A program made the position numbers and the translations under genes. A DNA stretch of 63,995 nt, the filler included, from Folioceros fuciformis (Eukaryota), in assembly GCA_049999805.1 (NCBI GenBank). It is 5 parts of 5 records of this genome, joined end to end, with 100 filler letters (N's around TTAATTAATTAA, not from the genome) between each part and the next. Parts side by side here need not be neighbours in the genome. Positions count along the whole stretch, not along the records: positions 1 to 20,860 come from JBNGIO010004583.1; 4 more parts are not named here. One strand, given 5' to 3'. This document shows positions 1-13,821 of this stretch, piece after piece. The first letter of the stretch is position 1. The number at the start of each line of letters is the position of its first letter. The notes under the pieces are model-generated. The model was not told where the DNA came from, ran no database searches, and saw only the letters and a list, made by a program, of their open reading frames with translations.

Positions 1-3245
<3,245 letters not shown>

Positions 3246-3502
3246 ACCTTTTGGGTTATCAATGAGCCGACTGCGGCATCTCTGGCCTACGCATTCGAAA
3301 GGGAGAACATGAGAGTGTTTTTGTGTGTGATATTGCGGTGGGACGCTCGACGTGGCAGGTTGTGGATTTCTCTTTAACATTTTGTCCTTTTGTCAGAGAG
3401 AAGATTATCTACTCCTCAAGCCGTCGTTCAAGTAAGTACCTTGGCCGTTCGTTGCTCCTCATCATGTTGTTCCTGAGGTGTTCTAATCCTATTTCGGCGA
3501 TG

Positions 3503-4360
3503 CAGGCTGGCTTGTTGGTCGGAGAAGTAAGTGACATCGTACTTTCGGATGTTACACGATTAGGTCTGAAGACCTTAGAGTGGGGTTATGACCAAAATTA
3601 TGGTCAGGAATATGCCTCTCCCAACCACGAAGCGGGAAGTCTTTGCAACAGCTGCTGATGGCCAGACCAGTGTGGAAATCAACGTGGTGCAAGGCTCGGG
3701 CAACTTTTTGAGAGATAATAAATCGCTCGGCAGCTTCAGGCTCGACTTCATATCCCCTGCTCCTCGTAGTGTGCCTCAGAGTGAAGTTACTTTCAATATT
3801 GACGCCAACGACATCCTTTCCGTCAGTTCCAATGGATAAGGGCACTGGCAAGAAGCAGGATCACCGGGGCTAGTACTCTTCTCAAAGATTAGGTGACTTT
3901 TACTTGCATGCAGCTTTCGTTCATCGTTCTCTTTGTCTGTGGATCAAGTACCTAACATTTCGTCTACTGCATCTGCAGGTGGAGCGGTTGTCAAAGATGC
4001 TGAAAGGTATGGGAAAAGAACAAAAAGGATCAGAGAAGCAGTCGACACCATACCATTATCTACCAAACGGAGAAGCATCTCAAGGAACTAGGCGAGAAGG
4101 TGCCAGGACTAGTCTAGCAGAAAGTGAAGGCGAAGTTGAAGAAATGGAAAGATGCTCTTGCCGGAACTGACACCCAGGCCATCAAGGCGGGTATTGCAGC
4201 TCTCATCCAGGAGGTGATGTAGAAAGGTCAATCCTCTATGACCAACCAGGAGCTGGAGGACTTGCTACCGGGAGTGATGGGGCCTCCTGAAGCTGGTGCC
4301 CTCAAGTGTCCAGGCGCTGGTAACGATGTGGTCGACGCTGACTTTACAGACAGCAAGTGG
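3503..4360 (+). pseudogene. Plastid stromal Hsp70 (cpHsc70) C-terminal-half pseudogene fragment
   Basis: [60 protein letters not shown] and the cpHsp70-type tail DVVDADFTDSK. It has frameshifts and stops, no ATPase domain, and a retained intron at ~3893-3978. Confidence 0.85.
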
Positions 4361-4760
4361 ACGGTGGAAATCGATAGATCTAGTCTTGTCCGCCCGAGCA
4401 CGGGAAAGGACGGAAGAGGTGCTTGAGCCTTAGGCCAACGGAGCATGTAGGGAAAAATATTTTTACGATTGTCTTTTTTGTATTTTATTGAAATATTTTT
4501 GTGAATTTGTTCCGGTGTTCTTACAGCTTCGACGAAATGTCATGAGCCGGTTATTCTGGTATTTTATTTTGCTTCCATCCATGGTTACAGTTCTCGACCA
4601 TGGTTCTAGTCCTCAACCCTAAACAACTCCTTTGCCTAAGGGTAACTCAAGCTTAATGAGCCTTGGCATTTGTACCCACCATGCAGCTGAGCATGAGATC
4701 ATGCTCAGCTCATAGCATGAGGCCGCTTCTCTTTCTTTCCGGTGTTTCCCTCTCTGGGTT

Positions 4761-4885
4761 GAGAGGCATGAGGCCGACATCTCCCTCTTTGGGCTGAGAG
4801 GCATGANNNNNNNNNNGGCCGACATCTCCCTCTTTGGGCTGAGAGGCATGAGGCCGACATCTCCCTCTTTGGGCTGAGAGGCATA
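4761..4885. repeat. 35-bp minisatellite (gagaggcatgaggccgacatctccctctttgggct)
   Basis: Three to four tandem copies with a short N gap inside. Confidence 0.85.
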
Positions 4886-6179
4886 AGGCTGGCATGCCTC
4901 TCTTTCTTTTCGATGTCTCACTCTCTGGCTATGGGTGACCGTCGTCACTCCTCTCAATGGCTCCGTCTGCCTTCCTTTCACCGGCTCCCGATTGCGCTCT
5001 TCTCAATGCCGTCCATTCGCACTTGGTCACCACTTGGTCACCTGAATGTGGTCTCAACTGGTTCACCCATCCCATGATCTTGTTCCTAATGTGGGCGAAA
5101 ATGAACGTTTCAAGTATTTATAACTGACTTCTAATGCGATTCAGTTCTTAAGGAGACTTGCTAGGTATGATTGAGCAAGCGAGCAACAGTCTCTCCAATA
5201 TTGTGGTGTGAGCAAAATGGAATATTTGCCTCACTCTCAAGTGTAGACACCGAAGCCTTGCATCTTCACCAAGGAGCATTCGACATGGGCTATAGGCAAT
5301 CATCAAGGGACGATGAAAATGCATTCCTGCTAACCATGTAGGTGATTTTAAACTAAATGCTTGCTTTCATGCTATTGGGCTGCATAAGGGCACACTTGTA
5401 AGCACTAATTTAAGGTGTCGATGTTGCTTCACAAGGTCATGCCCACACTTTCTTTGGTACAAGAGGTTATGCACCATAGGCATCATGAGCAATTCTCGCA
5501 AGACATTGAAATGGTTCAACTTCTATAACTAGTGGGATGCAAAGAGCAAGTTAAGGTGGTCGCAAACTCTACAACTAATGGGATGCAAAGAGTAAGTTAA
5601 GGTATCTAATGCATGCTAGGTGAAACTATTTAGGACATTACTAAGGATATGAACTAGAGTGTTGATGGCAAGCGAGCTTTGGCTCAATTTAGATGCAATT
5701 TGAAGAACTTACAAAGGCTAGTTGAGCAGCATCCTCATCTTGTGGACCACATGCTGAAGGACTTGTTGTAGGTTTATGCAAACATTAAAGAGCATAGAGG
5801 CTATAAATATGGATGAGGGCTTGGCCATCACGCCACATATGGCCAAAAATGTGGGAGGGAATACTTCTAAAACGAGGAAGTGAGCATTTTGGGAATCTGA
5901 AGGGTAGAAAACCCAACACAAGGAAACGTCTAAAGACCTCTAGGATCTATGTAATGTATGATTTAAGCCTCCTCCATTAAAGGAGAAGTCTTTTTTTAAG
6001 GCAAGCTAGAGGTAGAGAAGTGGTGTTATAGCACTTGTTGTGAATCAAGTGTCTTCATAATTGAAAGCCATGTGTGCATGCTAGTCTATCACAAAGCATT
6101 CAAAATGAAAAGAATAGTGGGAGTTCGTAATCAAGTGCTTAGTGAATGAGTTGAGACCATAATCGTGTGACGGTGTACG

Positions 6180-6446
6180 AATGGACGACATTGAGAGTAG
6201 CATGGACGGGAGCCATTGAGGTGGTACTTACAATGACTTCTGGAGCAACTACCCTACTTTTAACAGAATAGACAACGTTGAGAGTAGCATGGATGGGAGG
6301 GAGCCATTGAGGTGCTACTTACAATGACTTCTGGAACAACTACCCTACTTTTAACAGAATGGACGACGTTGAGAGTAGCATGGACGGGAGGGAGCTATTG
6401 AGGTGCTACTTACAATGACTTCTGGAACAACTACCCTACTTTTAAC
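6180..6446. repeat. ~90-bp tandem repeat x3
   Basis: Units start at ~6180, 6268 and 6358 (aatggacgac(a/g)ttgagagtagcatgga...ctaccctacttttaac). Confidence 0.9.
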
Positions 6447-6769
6447 GAACGAAGCTTCGTTTTTGTTAGTACTACTTTCTTGCTGTTTTCTCGTAACACT
6501 GACATGCATATTTATTTATGCACCCAATATCTAGCTTGGGAGCATGTGACCGCCGCTCTACCTTCCTCTTTGCTACTTGGAAGATCACCGTGAGGTTGCC
6601 TGCTCTGATTTCTGTAAATCTGCCTAATCTATTTGTTGTGAAGTTGCACAATCTGTTTTTCATGGATTCGTTGTCCCAATATGGAATGCTACCAACTGAA
6701 ATGGTACCTGTCACAAGACATCTAGGTTACAAGTCCTAGCGATTTTTAAGCGTCGAAATCATAATAAGG

Positions 6770-8600
6770 CTACATGGACAAGCGAGAGCACTTACACTCT
6801 AATCTCAAAGTCCGAGGATGTATTGTATATATCAATCATCTTCATAAAGGAAATCTTGCCTGCCACCATTAGGACGCTATCACACTGAAGATTGTGCCCT
6901 CTTGCATGGGATCTATACCAACAGGAATACAATGCCGTTACAAAATGGACTCCCTCAAGAAGGACTATAAGCAGGAGAATAAAAAACTCAGCACTAAACT
7001 GTATGCTTCGAAGTGGGCTTATTGGGAAGATCTGCATTCCTTTATTGCAGACAATCCAAAGGTGGTCGGAATGCCTAACTCCCATGACCCAAGGTTTGTT
7101 GATTTAACTGCAATGATTGTTTGTGAAGATGTGGTATCTGGAATGGCATGTCTGAAGGTGTGTATGAGTTGATACACATTGACAACCCACCTACAAGCTT
7201 CCCTCCTACCTCTTCTTCTCCTACATCCCCACCTCCTACAACTCATGTAAGGAGTTCTACTCCGCCTCCCACGTCTAAGGACAATCACTCTTATGATTGC
7301 CCTCTTACCCAAGTTGCAAAGCTAAAAGGTGCTCCAGCTAGAAGGTTTTCAAGAAAACCAAGAGGAAGCTTTCGAGTGTTAGGATTGACAAGATAGCTAA
7401 ATCAATCAATAGTTTTGTAAAGATATGGGCAAGAGTTGAAGCTGTGAAGGAAGACAACATGCAAAGTATGGAGAAAGCAAGGTTGGAGAGTCTTCAAAAC
7501 ATGGAGAAAACAAGGCTCTATAAACCAAAGCATGAAGATTGTTGAACTCCAACAATTTACGCAAATAGAGCTAGCCAAGGTCTTGGTGCAAGCATCCAAG
7601 CGCACAAGGCAGGAAGAAGAGTATTACACAAAAGGGTTTCAGCACTAGCCACAGCTTTTGGTTTATGCTAGCTTTGATATTATCAGGTTTTTCCATAAGT
7701 TCAAGTATCATTCAGTCCTAACATCCATCATAAGTGATACACACCACTAGAATCAGCTTGCTTAGCTATGTAAGCTTGTGTTTTCATTTTTTTATTTTAG
7801 TGAACAATGGCCTCTGAAACAGCACTAGAAGTTCAGCCTTCTAAGTAGTTTGCTAAAGTTTCTACACATCTTCAAGTGCCATTCAATCCTCAATTGTGAC
7901 TTTAGTTCATAAGTGCTACACACCATTACAATAAGCTCGTAAAGCTCTACAAGCTTGTGTTTTCAAATTTCCATTCTAATAAACAATGGCTTCTCAAATA
8001 GTATTGAAAGTTCAACCTTCCAAGTAATTTGCTAAAATTTCTACACATCTTCAAGTACCATTTTGTCCCCAACTACGACTTGAATTCACAAGTGCTACAC
8101 ACCAATAGAATCATCTCACAAAACTTGACAAATTTGTGTTTTGAGATTTCCGTTGTAATGAACGATGGCTTCTCAAACAACATTGAAAGTTCAGCCTTTC
8201 AAGTAATTTGCTAAATTTTCTTCACATCTTCAACTACCCCGACCAAGCTTATACGACACCAAAGCAATAGATTTATCACATGGTATTGGTGTTTTGTGTA
8301 AGGTTCGTACCAGGAAATGTTGTAGTTGTTGAACAAAAAACATGCAAGTGGAATATGACATTCACTATTCTCTGTGTCAATGCTGATCTCTTCTTTCAAG
8401 ACCTTCCAAGTGCCAAGCTTGTATGTGTAGCTCTTCCCAAAGCCTTGTAGAGGATAGAGAACTTCCTCTAAACATGACTTCTACGTGTCTGCAATGGTGC
8501 CTAACGGTCGTATTCCATGAAGCCCGTTTGGCTCACTTTTGAATGTATACCATCCTTGTCACATATCCACATTTAAGCTGTTTTTTAAAAAACATATCGT
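6770..8600. mobile_element. Degenerate PIF/Harbinger-like remnant: trihelix Myb/SANT ORF (+, ~6770-7650) and convergent transposase C-terminal remnant (-, ~8320-8600)
   Basis: On +: W-T-S-E-S-T-Y-T-L-I...GNLACHH*DAI...TGIQCRYKMDSLKKDYK...WAYWEDLH (trihelix). On -: GTWKVLKEEISIDTENSECHIPLACFLFNNY, which resembles the Harbinger KGRWRIL...ACxxLHN tail. Confidence 0.55.
7690..8235. repeat. Degenerate ~180-bp tandem repeat x3
   Basis: A recurring block aatggc(c/t)tct(g/c)aaa...aagttca(g/a)cctt...tttgctaaa at ~7806, 7985 and 8165. Confidence 0.75.
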
Positions 8601-8859
8601 TTGGACATGTCGTGGACACCACACATAATCAAAAATGTTTAAACCAACTCAATCTAACTGAAACATAAAGTAGAAGACCGATTAAATTTTGCCTAAAAAC
8701 CGAATCCTCCTTCAAGTGCGCCGGTCTACCGGTGCACTGAACAGTGTGATTCACTGAAAAGAACTTGGCTATGTGCCTGCTATGAATAAAAAACCTTTAC
8801 CAATCACTTTTAAATAAAGGAATATTGTACCACAAACTGCAAGTATTTTCAAATCTTGT

Positions 8860-11800
8860 CTATATCAAGTCATGTACGTCTTGGATGACCTTAGAATCGA
8901 CAATTATCTCTACATCCTTCAAGTGCTAGCCCTTTGTGTCGCCGAAGTCGTCTCCTTCCACCTCAAGAACCGAGAAATGAGGATCGTCCACTGTCTGAGG
9001 CGGAAGCGTGCCATTCTCATCCCAAATGGTCATTGCATACAAATCTTCCGCTGGTCTGTCGTCTGAGTGAGTAATAACTTCACTGTTCTTCCCCAGCAAA
9101 CTGTACACCTGCATCCACCGATCCACGCTACCGTTGGCGCAAACTTCTTTAGCCCAAAACTTTGTGGGCCCATGAGAGAACGGGTCTATGCGGATTTCTT
9201 CATCAGCGTTTGGCAAAGAACCAAGGCCATTCACTCTCTACATCACGTATGTCATGCATCGTATATCGATGTCGATCGCGACAACATGCCTCCCCCTCTA
9301 AATAGCAGCCTGAAGGAACGATCCGGATCCTGCGCAGGCATCCACTACCCAGTCTCCTTCAACCGAAAACATGTTCACCAGCATTCCCATTAACCCCAAC
9401 GGCTTCTGATATGGGGAGACCACCATCGAATTGGCTGAGTGAAAAAAGATGTTTTTTCACGACAGCCCCATGCCTTATCACTCTCAGCAGAAGAAATCCT
9501 TAATTCGCAAATAAGGCTGCTTTGGTGGTATGAGCTTCCGAGTGGACTGCACTTCCAACTGTCAGGTACTCCACAGTCTCTACTGCCCCTGCATTTGGAG
9601 GAATGTTGGTCTTTTCCCAAACCAATGTCTGTATGGTGCCTTTCTTGCACCATGGCCTAAGTGCCTCTCTCGCCTGTGAGATGAGGTCAACCCCATGCAT
9701 GAGGACCACTCGATAAACATTGCTACTTGTGCATTCAAAAAACCCCTTGATCATGTCTTCAAGGTCCTTGCTAGTTAACCGCCTGTCATAATCATGTCGT
9801 TGGAGACCACGAGGCAAATCAGCGAACAATAGGGTATAAGGTCTCTTTACCAAAAATCCGCCCATCTCTAGAACACTTCTCTGCATCACTTGATATTTCG
9901 TTTTTTGGTTGTTGTTGGGGACTCTGAACTCTAACAAACCATCATCCATATCGACGTCTGCTAGTTTTTGCTTCTCCTCTTCTAAGCATTTCCAGTTCCT
10001 TGCTGAGTACACGTAATCCTGGAACGGCTTGGGCAACGATTCCAAGTCGTTTACATATGCAGGTTTCTGCCAACAAATATCTTCGTCAGCAAACTATGTT
10101 ACTTTCATTAGTCAAAGTGGCGCGACCGGCGAGTCAACCACCTAACCACAGAAGTTGGACAGTCCAGAGGTTGGCTTGGCTAGTGGCTGGAGTGCGCCGG
10201 TAGACCGGCGCATTCCAGCCAAATACTGTCATACAGACTGCAGTGTCTACCGCCGCACTCCAGCCAAATGCTGCCTAGAAGCAGCCACTCAGGCTGGAGT
10301 GCGCCAGTAGACCGGCGCATTCCAGCCAAATACTATCATACAGACTGCAGTGTCTACCGACGCACTCCAGCCAAATGCTGCCTAGAAGCAGCCACTCAGG
10401 CTGGAGTGCGCCAGTAGACCGGCGCACTCCAGACAGAGTCTCTACCTCAGTCTTTCATCAGGGCTGGAGTGCGCCGGTAGACCGGCGCACTNNNNNNNNN
10501 NNNNNNNNNNNNNNNNNNNNNNNNNNNNNNNNNNNNNNNNNNNNNNNNNNNNNNNNNNNNNNNNNNNNNNNNNNNNNNNNNNNNNNNNNNNTCCAACATT
10601 AGCTGAGATTCATGAAGCAACTGAAAGAAAACTTACCACTTTTGCAAAGGCCGTCTGGAATCGAAGAAGATTCGCGTCTTCAGTATGCTTGGGGTATATT
10701 TGCTCATCTTCTTCGAAGGTTGCGCATTTTAGAGCTATCCGGAACGCATGCTGTATCAAGTGAATCTTCTTCCTTTTGCCCACCTCTGCGTCCATGTCCT
10801 TTAGCTGGAGCTTCCCATGTATGACCTTCTGGGTTACTGCGGTGAGCATCTCCTCCCCTTTTGCACCTGCTGGAACTCCTTGAAAGGCCCTCCAAGGCCT
10901 GCCCTACATTGCGGTAACCTTTTTTGTGGACTCATCAGCCACATGGGTGCTATTGGAAGCTATGCCAGCTTCCCCTAGTTTCCTCTTCGCTTTCGCCCGC
11001 TTTTCCGTGCCCGTGCTCCCTCCTGCTACCTGTTCCGGAAGCTCGCTCCTCTCCCACATCTTAAAAATCCTGTTAACATTTTCCCACATGACTCCACTGC
11101 ACCTTGCTACCCGATATGGTAGTGTCTGCCTATCTACCATCTTCTGTACCTAGTTAGTATCCCTTGGGTCACCTGCCTCATCCGTCATCCCCAGCAACCT
11201 GTAGAGATTAAATTTCCACTTCATTGGTGGCTTCTCGTCCAGTCCATGGCTCCCGTAGAAAATATCCAACTCGTCATGGATGTATCTTACTTGCTTGATG
11301 AAGCCCATCCTCTTCTGTTTGTCCGCAAAAACATTGTGATCTACTGCGAGGACTCGCATTTCCTCATCCGTCAGGCCTGCATAAACATGCCCTTCCATCC
11401 ACTCGTATTTGTCCTTTGCTGGGTACATCTAATGCAGCTTCTACATAGCTGCAAAGCAATGGTTGCCCCCAAGCACTCCCATCTGGTAACCCTACTCTGT
11501 GATCTTCTCCAGCGAAACATCTTCCTTCTTCGAAACCTGTTTCGGATCAATCATGCATAGGAGAGGTAAAATACCTTCCTTCACAGACCCTATCTGCATC
11601 TGCCTGACCAGACACTTCATCCAGGCTTCGTCAACCTCACGAATTTGTGCATCTGCTGTTATATAACTTGCAGGGTGGAGGATATCCACATGAAGATCAA
11701 ATGTCATCGAGCAGATCCTTTTCGCATGCGCTTTTCTTCGAACAGCATTGAGGTAGTCCTCATCCTACGCAACCCTCTCCATCCGTTCAGCGTCTGTCTC

Positions 11801-12326
11801 TACTGTTTGGGGCGGCTCGTCGTCGAAAGTAGGCCCTTGAGCCTGCCGCCTATGTTTCTGCCTAGCAAAAGCCTTGTTGACAAGCCCTCCCAACCTGCTT
11901 TTCTTCTTCTAGGGTGAAGCTGCCACTGAACCACATCAGCTGTTACATCCGATGTCCACGACAGGAAACCAAACCAGACCAAATTGCAGACCGATTAGAA
12001 AGATACGCACCTGTGGCTCTTTTTCGAGACCTCGCAGGAGAGGTCGTGGCTGTCTTCTTCTTCCTTTGGATTGGGGCGCTGGTAGGCCGGGGCACCATCT
12101 TTTGCTTCTTCCTCGGTGGCGTCACCTCAACGGGCAATTTCTCTTCTTCTTCCTGTTCATCGTGTGAGCCTCTTCCAGCATCCAGTGCCTCATTGAGGCT
12201 GTCTTCGGTCGAGGAGTAACCACCCATCTCCTTCTCTTGGTGACTGCTCAGCTCCTCCACCTCACACAGTTCGTCTTCCAACAGCTCTAGCTGCATGCGC
12301 GGCATCTCCACCGGCCTCTCCGTCAC
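8860..12326 (-). pseudogene. ParB-like domain + beta-class N4-cytosine/N6-adenine DNA methyltransferase fusion (PF01555-like), inactivated
   Basis: Reading through stops: QIREVDEAW...VLGGNHCFAAM...VYAGLTDEEMRVLAVDHN (ParB/Srx-like), then LLFADLPRG (motif IV, DLPRG at 9820-9806), LVWEK, and SPYQKPLGLMGMLVNMFSVEGDWVVDACAGSGSFLQAAI*RGRHVVAIDID (motif X/I, ~9417-9265). A phase-0 GT-AG intron spans 10636-10067. Confidence 0.85.
10185..10491. repeat. 107-bp tandem units each containing the palindrome GGCTGGAGTGCGCCGGTAGACCGGCGCA(C/T)TCCAGCC
   Basis: Core motifs at 10192, 10299, 10406 and 10469, plus half-sites at ~10245 and ~10352. The array runs into the N gap at 10492-10591. Confidence 0.95.
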
Positions 12327-12628
12327 CCTTCCTGCGCTAACATCGAAATCTGTGAAGGTCGCAATTCGTTGGCACTCTTCGGCGATCCTGGATGCAAGGG
12401 CTCAGTTCTTCAGGACACAATCAGCACAGAATCACAAGACAACTGTCTTGTGATTCAGTGCCGATTTTGATCAATCACAGACAGAACTGTTCGCCTCCCT
12501 GTTACACCCATAAGATGCAAGTAATTAGGGTTTACGGTCTGCTGGGTTAATAAGCCTAAATAAGTAAGCAACAACAGCTGGGATAATTAATTGTTGGGTT
12601 AATAAACTGAAATAAATGATTAAGCTAA

Positions 12629-13374
12629 TCATATACAAACATCTTGCACATTCAGACAATCTTTCAAAGACGTTTTTTGCCACATCGGTTCACAGCGCCG
12701 TGGCACAGCTTTCGCAACATTGACCACAATCAAGCTGTGGCTATCGTAGTCATCGGCGATATGGCTTGGTGGGTGCTGCGTGCAAATGAAATTGACGTGT
12801 GTTTCATCTTCCACGCCGTCAACGGATGCATAGAGAATCCACCCAGACCTCCCTGCCTCATCGTCCGGCAAGCCTTGGAAACCGTTAATCCGCAGAGCCA
12901 TGAGCGGCACCCACGGCAAATTGTAGTCTTCTGGCTCCTCTTCGATCACTAAAAACCACTCTTTGTCTGTGTTGAACCTTTTGGCAAGCGTGTCTTCAAG
13001 TTCCTTTAGCTTCAAGCGCTCAACAAAGTTGTACGCATTTGGAATATTGTGGTTCTAACTATCGCCAGTGCTGCCACCCTGAGTCACATTCACAGGCACA
13101 TGTTAACATGAACCTCGCTAGCTTTGCTGTTCGAGGCACGGACGCTCCCTCCTGAATTGTCTTTCCTCAGTGCGAGAGCTGTTGGCTGTGGTGTAACATC
13201 TCCTACTGTGATCGCTGGTCGCCTCTGGTTTTCTCTCTCGACGATGGGGCCAGATGCAGCGCGATCTAAAGCTTTCGCCCCCTATCGTGGTTTCTTCGGC
13301 CTTGATGGTGCCTCCAATACTTCCATATCAATGGCCACATTCAGTTGGTTGTTGCTTCGCCGGCCAACTGCCAT
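12629..13374 (-). pseudogene. Unknown transposon-borne ORF (ORF-X)
   Basis: ATG at 13374 (MAVGRRSNNQ...), internal TAG stops and a frame change, then an open 128-aa globular-looking segment at 13015-12629. Confidence 0.5.
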
Positions 13375-13821
13375 CTTCGCCAACGCGTGAGAGGAAGTGA
13401 ACGAGAAAACTTGAGAAGACCAGAGCTGATGCAGAAGCACTGAGGAATGACTTAAGCATTCAACGAAAAGATTTAAAGTCAACTGTGAAGTTGAATGTGT
13501 GTTGCCTGAAATAGGCAGAGTGTTTGAACAATGTCCTCTGCATTTATGCCAGAACAACGATTAAAGGTGCCGTTCCCAACAAACAACAGCTACTTGATTT
13601 GGTGATCAAACGTTCATATCGAAAAGGCGGCTTAATTATGCCAGCATAACCTGTATTCAATGAGTGACGGTAGAATGCATCCTGCAAGGACGCTCCTTTG
13701 CGATTAATCAGTGCGACATTGGCATGGATTGGCAGGCTTCTTCCTCAGGCGACATGGTGCCTACGAAAACATCGGAGTTCAATTCTCAAGGTAGGCGACG
13801 ACTATAATTGAAGACAGGCAT

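Noticed and set aside
9300-12326. Bacterial or phage contamination as the source of the methyltransferase
   Set aside because: It has a spliceosomal intron and plant-type C>T decay, and it lies on the same linker-free segment as the intron-rich CDC48 gene.
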